From positions 23,560,001-23,624,000 of the forward strand of contig OZ038379.1 in assembly GCA_964036045.1 (NCBI GenBank): a stretch of DNA of 64,000 bases, read 5' to 3'. The first letter of the stretch is position 1, and each line of letters starts with the position of its first letter. Positions 9,296-21,400 of this stretch are shown piece by piece. Both the position numbers and the translations under genes were made by a program. This DNA is from Eutreptiella sp. 'Long Island Sound 2002'. Lineage: Eukaryota; Protista; Euglenida. Under the pieces are notes generated by a model. The model was not told where the DNA came from, ran no database searches, and saw only the letters and a list, made by a program, of their open reading frames with translations.

Positions 9296-9331
9296 GGGGT
9301 TCCGCACCACGCCCTAGAACGCTGCATCCCA
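9296..9331. repeat. Right TIR of element A
   Basis: Exact reverse complement of 2617-2652. Confidence 0.92.
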
Positions 9332-9423
9332 TGGGGTTACAAACCCAAGACCCCGAGCCATAGCGCGCGCTATGCTGCGCGCTATAGTTTTGTAGTGCGC
9401 ACTGAGCCATCGCGCGGCAATAC

Positions 9424-9675
9424 CCTGTAGCGCGCACGCAGGGAGCGGGTCATTTTCGCCTCAAAATGGACCACCACATTGCACCACGGCTCGTGAGATG
9501 CTTCATTGGGTACCCATTTGCAATCATTTGATACCCCATCACCATGGAAGAAGAAGCACCCTAACTGCTTTTTCATGGTATTCCCAACACCAAGAAAGAG
9601 TGGGAACATGCACACATGGCAGAAGATAATGACAACATGAATCGTACGCCACGGGTGTTGACATGACCAATGCAT
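9424..9675 (-). CDS. Upstream exon of the element B transposase gene
   Basis: The 97-aa frame has a phase-0 donor AGG|GTATTG at 9423, resembling the donor at 2284. It joins in frame to the acceptor TTTCAG|ATG at 2569 if element A is treated as intronic. AGCGCGCGC repeats at 9361-9440 match those at 661-730 and 2181-2280. Confidence 0.55.
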
Positions 9676-9925
9676 GCTCTTTTTGTTTTGGGGTTAGCTT
9701 TTCTAGCCTGCCTTTGATCCTCGGAGCTATTGGCCCGTAGCGAGGAAATTGTTCCCACAATTTTGCATCTTTTGAATTCCTTTGCTTGACGTGTCGTGAT
9801 GACCAATTTAAAACCTGCAAATTCAAAGCAGAGTATTTTGCATGATGATGCAAAGCATGTGGGTGTTGTGATGATCTTGCAAAGCATGTCGGTGTTGTGC
9901 CACAAACTTTGTTGAACACAAGTCC

Positions 9926-10978
9926 AAGCACAACCTGCCCGGAACGAAAAGTGAAAGCAGCCCAAAACCATGAACGCAAGCTTCATTGATTAAAAGGGGA
10001 ACCTAATTCATTACCTTAATGGACAGCCCACATCGCCAAGTATCTGTCGTTAGCATTTGTGATGACAATGTGCATGTGGTGAGCAAAAATATTTTGCAAG
10101 ACGTGTGGGCCTTAACTGCTTCAAAGTCTGTACTTGCACACATGTGAGCCATTATTGATGGAACCTGATGACATGTGGCCTCAGCTTGGGTTTTGTGTGT
10201 TGGAGGGCAGGATTGTTCCTTGTTCAACCTGCAACTGGCCCTAAGGTCATCGAATTTTCTTTGGTTGTCTTCAGCTGGTGTCGACATAACAACACACCCT
10301 TTATAACACCATTGTGCACATGCAGGTGCATCAAGGCTGGAGGGCACATGCGCTAGGAACGCACTTCTTGGAAAGTTGGCATCTTAACTTTTGCCCCTCC
10401 GTGGCGATAAATCTAAATACATGAATGTGACCGTCATGGTAATGAAATGTCATTCATAAAGAAAATCCTTGGCATCTGTGGCACATTTCGAGTTTTTCAT
10501 TAATTCCACCAAACACCAGGAAAAATCTCCCCAGAATCTGGTTCAAAAGGCGGAGCACAATAAAAATCGATTAAAACTGTGGACCCAGCCAGTACCATGG
10601 GGTTAAATAGCGCCATTTGGCCCATTTCCAGGTTCCCCACCACCGGAAATCCTCCGACGGCCACAACCAAAAGCGGTGCGGGCCTGTAGCACCTCTACTT
10701 GGGCGGTCATGGCGCCAGTGAAAGACATGAAACGACCACTTCCAATAATGACGGCTCACATGTGTGCAAACAAAGACTTTGAAGCCGTTAAGGCCCACAC
10801 ATCTTGCAAAATATTTTTGCTCACCGCATGCAAATCGTCATCACAAATGCTAACAACAGATATTTGGCGATGTGAACTGTCCATTTAGGCAATGAATTGG
10901 CTTCCCCTTTTAACCAATGAAGTTTGCGTTGGTGGTGTTGCGCTCCTTTCACTTTTCGTTCGGGGCATCGTTGTGCTT
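9926..10978. mobile_element. Fold-back/MITE-like unit with ~230-bp imperfect inverted arms (9926-10156 / 10744-10978); copy at +9130
   Basis: The arms align on opposite strands (e.g. translations AHMCASTDFEAVKAHTSCKIFLLT vs AHMCANKDFEAVKAHTSCKIFLLT). No convincing internal ORF. Confidence 0.65.
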
Positions 10979-13437
10979 TGATTTGGGTTAGGTCGAACGT
11001 ATTTAGAAGTTAAGGAACCTTTTTAAGGAAACTAGGCTAGTTTTGATCCTGAAATCTTTAGAAATTCAAGGAGACTAGCGAACCCGCTGAAAGTCATGTG
11101 GGCGACGGATTTGCCGGATGGGCAATTTTTTGGACTTTTGTTTGGCCGATTCCTCCGCATTCTTTGCGAGTTACAGGCTGAGACTCTGTAGAATATCAAT
11201 TGAACATGAAAACCAACTATTGATCGTTCAGGTTTGCAGTCAAGATCGATTTTGGATTTGACAATCGATGAAAAAAATTCGCACCTGAAAAGAAACTGCG
11301 TATATAGACCGTTAGAATTTATTATAAATAACGATTTTACAGAGCTTCGGCTTCCGAATCCCGAAGAATCTGGAGAAATCCGTGAAACAAAAGTCCAACG
11401 CGGCCACGCCGGCGACAGCGCCGCTAAGGAATTCGGCAGGCTGTTGATCAAAAGCCGAAGGATTTGACATGCGGGGTCTACTAGCCTGGGTGTTGTGTCA
11501 TTGTTATGGGTCATTTTGCACCGCTTATGCACAATAATGCGCCTTACGCGTAGAATCATTTCGCGATTGCCCCATGGACACCCGCGCTTACAAGTATTGT
11601 CCAAGCACAATTGGAATCACCCAAAGGTCCTTTCCAACCCTTGCCGAACAGCACGCTTCATCGTTGGGCCAAAACATGCCGTCTTTTGCCGCTTCCAAAG
11701 GTACGTTGACACATGGATGTGCCAGTGGGAATGGTGTGGTTGGCATGTTGGATTTAGGTACAAAGCTTTGCGAATTCGAATGATTCGAGTCGTGTCACTT
11801 TGGTGAGCTTTGTGTTTGCCTCGCTTTACCGTGCAATCGTATCATCAATTTCTTTGTCGTGTGTGACGAGCATTCGCACTCACGGAATTGCCACTCGAGT
11901 GGTGATGGACACGTGTTAAGCCCACAATGTATAAATTACGCACGCTTTTTGAATGAACGTGGTAATGACTAAGCCACTTTAGGTTGAAATCACAATCGCG
12001 GTCACCATGACGCGCGCTCGAAGAATGATGAAGTTGACCCGACATACGGGTTTCGTTGCATTTGTTCTTTGCTTACACTAACCACAAAAGTTTGTGAAGA
12101 TGAGGTTTAGTTATTTTCCTTTGCGGTTGTGAAACGGAAATCCAATTTATCCATGTGTCGGATCGTCTTTTGGAAGTGATTTTTGTAGAAATGTATTATT
12201 GATCATATTGCGTATTTCACAAAGTCCCATTCACGGACACCACTTTCTTCAAAATCTACTTGCCTGCCATCGACCGGCTACATTCCAACTTATTGTCAAT
12301 GCTTGTGGCCCTTTGACTTACGCCAAAACTTTCAACGGTTGTGGCAACAGTCTTTCAGGCAATAGAGGGTCGTGCTAGATCAACACGCGAGGCACAAGTG
12401 CTTTGCGAAAAAGAGGATGCTACACGTTGCAATCCCTGGGTGTGCTACCTTGCAAATAAATTTTTCCGTCGTCCAATATCGGTCCACCACGATTCACGAC
12501 TCGAAGAACCGTTATTGACCCTATTCTGCATCCAATTCGTATTCACCATAATCTTCTACACCTCCCACAATTGCGACAACGCGTTTGACACATTGCATTT
12601 GGCCGACTCAATTCCCGAGAGTTTTCATCGCGAGAATTGATGGGACGTTGGGTAGAGGTATTAAATTTCGCAAATCGCGATGAAATGTGTTGAAATTCGA
12701 ATCCATGCGAGGCCAAGGTGCTTCGGCGTCTTCTTCACCAACGGGCACGACAACAAATACATCATCGACGTGCTTCGGCGATTAGAATTCCATCCAGTCT
12801 TTGGTTGTCTTGCCAAATAAGTCGCAATCTTAGAAGCATTGTGGAAGGATCACCAAACCTAGGCATAACGCGCGACGGTACGATGAGCGGTGCATTGGTC
12901 GACGAATTGTAGACGACGGGTATGCTCCACAAATTTCATGCTTTGTGGAGATGGTGTGGTGTAGTCTCCCACCATTGATGTTTTCGTATGCCGGAGTGCC
13001 TTCGTGAATTCGGTGTTTGACCTTACCGCACAAAGACGACAAGAGGACCATTTCCATTCTTTCCATGCGGAGCAAAGCACTCATCTGGAGAAACTCGTAG
13101 TTTTTGAGGCAATTTCCACTCCAAGGAGCACTATCTTCGACGCAAGCATCAAAGTCGACCTACCTAAAGTAAAAGCGAAAAGGGGCGCCGCACAAGGCCT
13201 CGACAATCGTAGCGTTTCACCATCGCATAAACTTCACAAAAAAGCTGAAATGCATGTGAGAGTCACTACACACGAAATTGGTGAGACAACGACCGGTGCC
13301 GCACACCCAACCCTTGCCATTTTGTTTTCGAGCGGTCTCCACAACCGACACTAAACCACTCATCGTGCCGTATTCCGTGAATTGTTGGTCGACATGGAGC
13401 CCAAAGATGGTGCACACCTCCCGTTGTGCAGTGATGT

Positions 13438-14745
13438 TTGGAATTCTTTTTTGCGTTGCTATGTGACCCTATCCCGACTTGTAGAGCTTTTGTTTTTCTT
13501 TCTTCCATGCTTGCATCGGGGCCATTGTGGCTCACTTGCGTCCAACTCTTCCTTCACATTTGGGCCTATTTTGTCATACGACGCTACCCTCCATTGCTAT
13601 TGCAAGAACAGAAACCAAAGTCCGAGTTGGGCGACGTTGCAAAGCTTCACTCGGCACATATTTATTCCCCTTGGACGGCTACCATTTTGATACTCATCCC
13701 CAATACCTTGCTTTGCCTAGCAACCCTCGTTGGTTGTGTCGACACGGGGCAAACAGTATTTTGGCATTGGGCCCTCTCCGGATTGATCTTCATTACGTGG
13801 CCACTAAAGTGGGCCACCCTCATTTGGCATTGGCCCCAGCATATCTATGTGGGATCGGCTCATGCCAACATGGGTTCGCCAAAGGATGCATTGGAATTCT
13901 CTCCTCGGATGTACGTGTGGCACATTTGGGGTCATCCGTCGTACTCTCAAGACATTGAGGATGCTCGGCCGAAGGCTGCACGCTACTTGCTCCATTCTGT
14001 GTTACCCAGATTGCTCACATCAAGCCTTGTGATAGTGTACTTGAACTCGTTTGATGGCCGGTTGGTGAACTTGATTGAAGAGCGTTGGGTAGTGGTGTAC
14101 CGCTCGGCATGGGGACAAATCAGCGTGAACCCCTTCCTGCACTGGGCGTGTCTATGCTATGCGGTTGTGTTCTTCTTAACTTGTGGTGCTTTTGCTGACC
14201 TACTCAACTGCCAAACAACTCTGATGACTGGGCTGCCTTCAAGCACCCACCACAACGACGACAACCTGCCCTTACTCTTTGGCGGGTTGGGCCCTTTGTT
14301 GGCCACAAGTCCCAGGGACCTTTGGGGTCGCCGGTGGAACCGTGAGGTCTACAAGCCATTCCGCCAGCTACTCTTTCCCCGGTGCATCCGGTGGCTGCCC
14401 AATGCACTGCCTTTTCACATGAAAGCAGCGGTCGCGTCGCTGTTCGTGTTCACAATCTCGGGGGCACTGCACGAAGTGTTTATATGGAATGTGCTAAAGT
14501 GCCCCCACCAAGATGAGCCCAGCACACGGCTGCTCGAGGCGACGCCTACAGGCGAAACGTTTGCCTTCTTCGTGCTGCATGGAACCGCATGTGTCGTCCA
14601 AACTCTGGTGCAAAGGTGGTGGCCTCGCCTTGGCGCTGGGATGGGATCTGTGGCGCTTGACCGTGGGTGCGTCTACTTGTTTTTATGGTGCTGTCAGAAT
14701 CAGTGCTCTCAAGCCCAGTGCTGTGGGAATTGGCATGCACATTAA
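13438..14745 (+). CDS. MBOAT-family (MBOAT_2, wax-synthase-like) membrane O-acyltransferase
   Basis: Multiple hydrophobic helices; SPRDLWGRRWN, FVFTISGALHE (catalytic H) and FAFFVLHG are typical of plant-type wax synthase MBOATs. The exact start and C-terminus are uncertain. Confidence 0.8.
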   Translation: MEFFFALLCDPIPTCRAFVFLSSMLASGPLWLTCVQLFLHIWAYFVIRRYPPLLLQEQKPKSELGDVAKLHSAHIYSPWTATILILIPNTLLCLATLVGCVDTGQTVFWHWALSGLIFITWPLKWATLIWHWPQHIYVGSAHANMGSPKDALEFSPRMYVWHIWGHPSYSQDIEDARPKAARYLLHSVLPRLLTSSLVIVYLNSFDGRLVNLIEERWVVVYRSAWGQISVNPFLHWACLCYAVVFFLTCGAFADLLNCQTTLMTGLPSSTHHNDDNLPLLFGGLGPLLATSPRDLWGRRWNREVYKPFRQLLFPRCIRWLPNALPFHMKAAVASLFVFTISGALHEVFIWNVLKCPHQDEPSTRLLEATPTGETFAFFVLHGTACVVQTLVQRWWPRLGAGMGSVALDRGCVYLFLWCCQNQCSQAQCCGNWHAH

Positions 14746-14779
14746 TGATGCCACCACCGGAGCCGCATTCTCATATTTG

Positions 14780-15180
14780 CATCACACCACATTGCATCGC
14801 ATGGCATCGCATCGCATCACATCACATCACATCACATCACATCGCCATATGCTGACAACAGCATCAACAAATTGCAAACTTGGTGCATTGCCATTTGGTA
14901 CTGTGTCAACCGGTGGTGTGAGCAGTGGTCAGTGGGTAGTGGTGTTGCGGACATTGGAGCTCTCATTTGGTGCTGTCAGCATTTAGTGGTGTGATGTGTT
15001 GCAATGTAAGGATTAGTGCTGTAGGAACCACTGTGGAGAATGCTGTGAAAAGCATTGGTGTGATGATTATTGCCAAATGCTCTGATTGGTGATGTGATTG
15101 GATGTGATGTAACGCGATGCGATGCGATGCGATGTGATGTGGTGTGACATGATATGATGTGATGCAACGTGATGTGAAGA
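14780..15180. repeat. Inverted pair of (CATCA/CATCG)n and (GATGT/GATGC)n microsatellite tracts
   Basis: Tracts at ~14780-14848 and ~15090-15180 are reverse-complementary in motif; duplicated at +9130. Confidence 0.7.
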
Positions 15181-16212
15181 TTGGTTTCGTAAGTGCTGCG
15201 ACAGTGAGTTCTTTGGCGTACCCTGGAAGGTGTAAGAACACGTTCCAAAGAGAAAACAGGTGTGGAGCGGTGCATTCAAGATTGGTGCGGTGAAAGTGTG
15301 ATGCCCCAGAATGACAGGTATTCTTCAGCTCTATTTACACTCATTTCATAAACGCTCGTCTGCATGGTTTATTACAGAACCCATTTGCCCTGGTTACATT
15401 TTAGCCTGAATGCCCAATGTCTTTCTTGGTGTCTCAGGACTGCCTATACTTCCACGCCCTCAGCTCTCTGTGCGGGAGCTGGATAACCTGGATATTGCAC
15501 AAAAAGTTGCATTTCTGCAGAATCTTATTTTGTACATACAAAAGCCCAATAAATAATGATATCTGAATTTGTTAATTTCTTGTTTCGTTCGTTTAGCTTA
15601 ACAAGTTGCAATGACTTTTTGGGCAGTAGCCCAATCATTTTCTACCTTCCAATTTATGTCGGTGGTTCCTTCCATAATTGCCCAGCTGCCTCATCATTGT
15701 CCGGGGCAGTACTGGGAGATGCACCTCGAATCGCACAGATCCAACGCACTTTCTTTTGTGCGTGAACGTGGGGCTACGAGTGTAGCAATGCTTACTCGTT
15801 GCTGTCTGTTTGGCTGCGCAACATTGAGCAGACTGCAGATGTCATTGTAGCATTGCTAGGCATGCAAGCAGGCATGCTGCATAGATTGCCTGGGGTTTGT
15901 GCGTGGGGGCAGGCCAGGGTGGTGCTAGGGGGGTTCAGATCTTGCATATTCCTTTGGCTACTAGCACAACGGTCTTGTCCGGTCTGGATTTTTGTGCAAA
16001 TTGTGACTTTTGTGTGAAAAGTTGGGTCAGGGGTATTTGCATGTGGCGGATCTTGTGGTTTTGGTGTTTTTTGATGATTCGACGAAGGATTAGAGTTTTG
16101 CATGTAGACCAGTTTGGCAGATCACAAGACCGGTCTAGACCGGTCTTTGTACCAACTCAAACGAACTCAAACGAAAAAGGGATACAAGGATTACAAGGTT
16201 TTTACTTCTTCT

Positions 16213-18461
16213 GCGATAACCCCGCGATAACTAGTTAGAGCGCGATAACCTAGCGCGATAACTAGTTAGAGCACCTAGTTAGAACGCGATAACCTAGCGC
16301 GATAACTAGTTAGAGCAAGGGTTAGAGCAGGGTGTTGTGGGAAGTTTTCACACCTGGTGACATGGACACATGCCTTGGCCCTCCTTCTTGGCGTCGTCCA
16401 GCACCAGGCCCAGCCTCCGCAGCCACACGAAGTCCGTGACGGCCGCATACCATCTTTGTGGGCGGTGCACAAAATGAGCCGATTGCATCCGTAGCAATTG
16501 GCTACCACCTTCCCCCTACACCTAACCGCCCCATCACACTGGACTGTCCTGGCCACCCGGCCACCAGGTGCCCCCAGCTGGGGCCTGTTAATGGACTGGG
16601 TCACGTGCAGGTTGGGGAATCGAAGATTCCCCCCCACGGTAAGCTCAATGGCAAAAAATGCCATGAGGCGGGGGTGGGACACCCCTGTGGGGGAGGCCTT
16701 GGGAATCCCCGACCCCCGGTGTACATCAAGGGCATTAAAAAAAAAGGCAGTGCCCCTCTTGAATGGCACAGCCCTCTCCACCCAAGGGTCAGGGAACCCC
16801 GAACTGCTGGAGGGCACAAAAAGAAAATGTGACCCATCCTCCTCCTCATGATTATGGGTTAGCATAATAAGGCAATTGACAATCAATGTGCCTTCAGGAA
16901 TGGTGTAGGGGGGGGCGTCGCGATGGAGGTGCTGGGGGGTGTGGTCATAGCTCGAAATTTCGGCCATGTCAAGGATGGTGCAGCTCCATCCAACCCCCCC
17001 CACCACAGTCTTCTTCGCCGTCTCAAGCACACGATCTGCCACCCTTTTGAGGACTGGCAGATCATGGAGCTTGTGGGGGTTGTGCCTGTGGTGGTTGGCA
17101 CCCCCATAGTTGCCATACAATGTACGGCGGGTCCCAGAATCTTGGGGCCTGCCGACAATGGGGGGGTTCTCATTGAAAATGGGTGCCTTCTCTGAGAGAG
17201 GCACCCTATCCAAATCATCCAAAAGACTTTGGAGCTGCACATCACTCAAAAAATCGTGCTCCAGGAGGTGGTTGACCACCAGCTTCCCCCCCACCGTGAG
17301 CACAAGGTCATTGGGGTCCCTATTAAAGGCCCCCAAGGGCTCGGCGGCAACCACCTCCTCCGCCTCCCCAATAAGGGGGGGTGTTGCCCCAAATGGAAAA
17401 AGAATCACCCCCTGCCCCGAAATAATGTTGGGTGTGGTGACCCCATACCACTCACGCTCCCACTCCCTTGTGGGGCAAAGGGAGTGCATGGGGAGCTTGT
17501 TTTCGGGGTCGTCAGTGCAGACCCGGCGGGTGTTGTGGGTGAGGGGTTTAAATTGGGGGAACCAACCATCCGACTGCCCCTTCCCCTTACCCGGTCGGAT
17601 CCTTACCTTCTGGACACTAATCATGAGGGGGTTGTGGGGCTTCTCCTTCCTCCCCCCAGCCCCCACCCCCCCCGCATCCTCCTCCTCCTCCTCCACTTCC
17701 TCCACTTCCTCCTCCTCCTGACCCACATAGAGGGTCGTCTTCGTCCCCGCACCCTTCTCGGCATGGGCGGTGACGGACTCCACCACCGCGTCCACATCGT
17801 CCGGATGAAGCTGGATCAAAAATCCAGCAACCCCTGGATTTACCTCTAGCAACTCGAAGATGTAGTTGCTGAGAACCAGGGGGTCCTTGTCGTCCGCCAT
17901 GAAGGGGGACTTATGGACAAGGAGTCCAAAGTCCACACCATGTTCAAAGCGGGTCGCCACAGGGCGCCTCACATTGGCATCACCCATCGTAAACCCCTCA
18001 GGACCGCCAAGGCGACGGACCCCAAGGAGCTTTTGATGGTGCTCGCACCAAGCGTGGGCAGCAGCAAGGGCCATTATCAAAGAATATGAAAGCTTTGAGA
18101 GCTAAAGCGAAAAGGGGAAACATAAAATGAAGCGCGATAACCCACGCGATAACCCACGCGATAACTAGGTTATCGCGCGATAACCCCCGCGATAACCCCC
18201 GCGATAACTAGGTTATCGCGCGATAACCCACGCGATAACTAGTGCTCTAACCCCGTTCTAACCCCGCGATAACTAGTTAGAGCACACAAAGATCAAATCG
18301 CAAAAAGTGCAAAACGGGCAATATCGAGCAAACGAAACATGGAAGACACATTGTTGCATCATAGTGCACCCATGTAACATGTGAAATTCCGGGTTCCAAC
18401 CATATTAACAACACCCAAAATTGGGGGGGTTCCGCACCACGCCCTAGAACGCTGCATCCCA
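16213..18461 (-). mobile_element. Left-truncated duplicate of element A (array, cargo exon 1 at 16354-18074, right TIR 18426-18461)
   Basis: Matches 7083-9331; no left TIR or transposase adjacent. Confidence 0.9.
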
Positions 18462-21400
18462 TGGGGTTACAAACCCAAGACCCCGAGCCATAGCGCGCGC
18501 TATGCTGCGCGCTATAGTTTTGTAGTGCGCACTGAGCCATCGCGCGGCAATACCCTGTAGCGCGCACGCAGGGAGCGGGTCATTTTCGCCTCAAAATGGA
18601 CCACCACATTGCACCACGGCTCGTGAGATGCTTCATTGGGTACCCATTTGCAATCATTTGATACCCCATCACCATGGAAGAAGAAGCACCCTAACTGCTT
18701 TTTCATGGTATTCCCAACACCAAGAAAGAGTGGGAACATGCACACATGGCAGAAGATAATGACAACATGAATCGTACGCCACGGGTGTTGACATGACCAA
18801 TGCATGCTCTTTTTGTTTTGGGGTTAGCTTTTCTAGCCTGCCTTTGATCCTCGGAGCTATTGGCCCGTAGCGAGGAAATTGTTCCCACAATTTTGCATCT
18901 TTTGAATTCCTTTGCTTGACGTGTCGTGATGACCAATTTAAAACCTGCAAATTCAAAGCAGAGTATTTTGCATGATGATGCAAAGCATGTGGGTGTTGTG
19001 ATGATCTTGCAAAGCATGTCGGTGTTGTGCCACAAACTTTGTTGAACACAAGTCCAAGCACAACCTGCCCGGAACGAAAAGTGAAAGCAGCCCAAAACCA
19101 TGAACGCAAGCTTCATTGATTAAAAGGGGAACCTAATTCATTACCTTAATGGACAGCCCACATCGCCAAGTATCTGTCGTTAGCATTTGTGATGACAATG
19201 TGCATGTGGTGAGCAAAAATATTTTGCAAGACGTGTGGGCCTTAACTGCTTCAAAGTCTGTACTTGCACACATGTGAGCCATTATTGATGGAACCTGATG
19301 ACATGTGGCCTCAGCTTGGGTTTTGTGTGTTGGAGGGCAGGATTGTTCCTTGTTCAACCTGCAACTGGCCCTAAGGTCATCGAATTTTCTTTGGTTGTCT
19401 TCAGCTGGTGTCGACATAACAACACACCCTTTATAACACCATTGTGCACATGCAGGTGCATCAAGGCTGGAGGGCACATGCGCTAGGAACGCACTTCTTG
19501 GAAAGTTGGCATCTTAACTTTTGCCCCTCCGTGGCGATAAATCTAAATACATGAATGTGACCGTCATGGTAATGAAATGTCATTCATAAAGAAAATCCTT
19601 GGCATCTGTGGCACATTTCGAGTTTTTCATTAATTCCACCAAACACCAGGAAAAATCTCCCCAGAATCTGGTTCAAAAGGCGGAGCACAATAAAAATCGA
19701 TTAAAACTGTGGACCCAGCCAGTACCATGGGGTTAAATAGCGCCATTTGGCCCATTTCCAGGTTCCCCACCACCGGAAATCCTCCGACGGCCACAACCAA
19801 AAGCGGTGCGGGCCTGTAGCACCTCTACTTGGGCGGTCATGGCGCCAGTGAAAGACATGAAACGACCACTTCCAATAATGACGGCTCACATGTGTGCAAA
19901 CAAAGACTTTGAAGCCGTTAAGGCCCACACATCTTGCAAAATATTTTTGCTCACCGCATGCAAATCGTCATCACAAATGCTAACAACAGATATTTGGCGA
20001 TGTGAACTGTCCATTTAGGCAATGAATTGGCTTCCCCTTTTAACCAATGAAGTTTGCGTTGGTGGTGTTGCGCTCCTTTCACTTTTCGTTCGGGGCATCG
20101 TTGTGCTTTGATTTGGGTTAGGTCGAACGTATTTAGAAGTTAAGGAACCTTTTTAAGGAAACTAGGCTAGTTTTGATCCTGAAATCTTTAGAAATTCAAG
20201 GAGACTAGCGAACCCGCTGAAAGTCATGTGGGCGACGGATTTGCCGGATGGGCAATTTTTTGGACTTTTGTTTGGCCGATTCCTCCGCATTCTTTGCGAG
20301 TTACAGGCTGAGACTCTGTAGAATATCAATTGAACATGAAAACCAACTATTGATCGTTCAGGTTTGCAGTCAAGATCGATTTTGGATTTGACAATCGATG
20401 AAAAAAATTCGCACCTGAAAAGAAACTGCGTATATAGACCGTTAGAATTTATTATAAATAACGATTTTACAGAGCTTCGGCTTCCGAATCCCGAAGAATC
20501 TGGAGAAATCCGTGAAACAAAAGTCCAACGCGGCCACGCCGGCGACAGCGCCGCTAAGGAATTCGGCAGGCTGTTGATCAAAAGCCGAAGGATTTGACAT
20601 GCGGGGTCTACTAGCCTGGGTGTTGTGTCATTGTTATGGGTCATTTTGCACCGCTTATGCACAATAATGCGCCTTACGCGTAGAATCATTTCGCGATTGC
20701 CCCATGGACACCCGCGCTTACAAGTATTGTCCAAGCACAATTGGAATCACCCAAAGGTCCTTTCCAACCCTTGCCGAACAGCACGCTTCATCGTTGGGCC
20801 AAAACATGCCGTCTTTTGCCGCTTCCAAAGGTACGTTGACACATGGATGTGCCAGTGGGAATGGTGTGGTTGGCATGTTGGATTTAGGTACAAAGCTTTG
20901 CGAATTCGAATGATTCGAGTCGTGTCACTTTGGTGAGCTTTGTGTTTGCCTCGCTTTACCGTGCAATCGTATCATCAATTTCTTTGTCGTGTGTGACGAG
21001 CATTCGCACTCACGGAATTGCCACTCGAGTGGTGATGGACACGTGTTAAGCCCACAATGTATAAATTACGCACGCTTTTTGAATGAACGTGGTAATGACT
21101 AAGCCACTTTAGGTTGAAATCACAATCGCGGTCACCATGACGCGCGCTCGAAGAATGATGAAGTTGACCCGACATACGGGTTTCGTTGCATTTGTTCTTT
21201 GCTTACACTAACCACAAAAGTTTGTGAAGATGAGGTTTAGTTATTTTCCTTTGCGGTTGTGAAACGGAAATCCAATTTATCCATGTGTCGGATCGTCTTT
21301 TGGAAGTGATTTTTGTAGAAATGTATTATTGATCATATTGCGTATTTCACAAAGTCCCATTCACGGACACCACTTTCTTCAAAATCTACTTGCCTGCCAT

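Larger units (their letters stand above)
2617..9331 (-). mobile_element. Element A: 6,715-bp TIR DNA transposon with RAG1/Transib-like transposase and a two-dioxygenase cargo gene
   Basis: Perfect 36-bp TIRs (2617-2652 / 9296-9331) and inverted subterminal arrays. Flanks TG|...|TG give a possible 2-bp TSD. A second copy ends at the same TIR base (470). The flanks rejoin as one intron of element B. Confidence 0.88.

Noticed and set aside
11234-12520. piggyBac-like words (DLTIDE on plus; IVVDRYWTT on minus)
   Set aside because: The two words are on opposite strands amid many stops, with no TTAA-bounded ends found. The region 11000-13400 remains unexplained.
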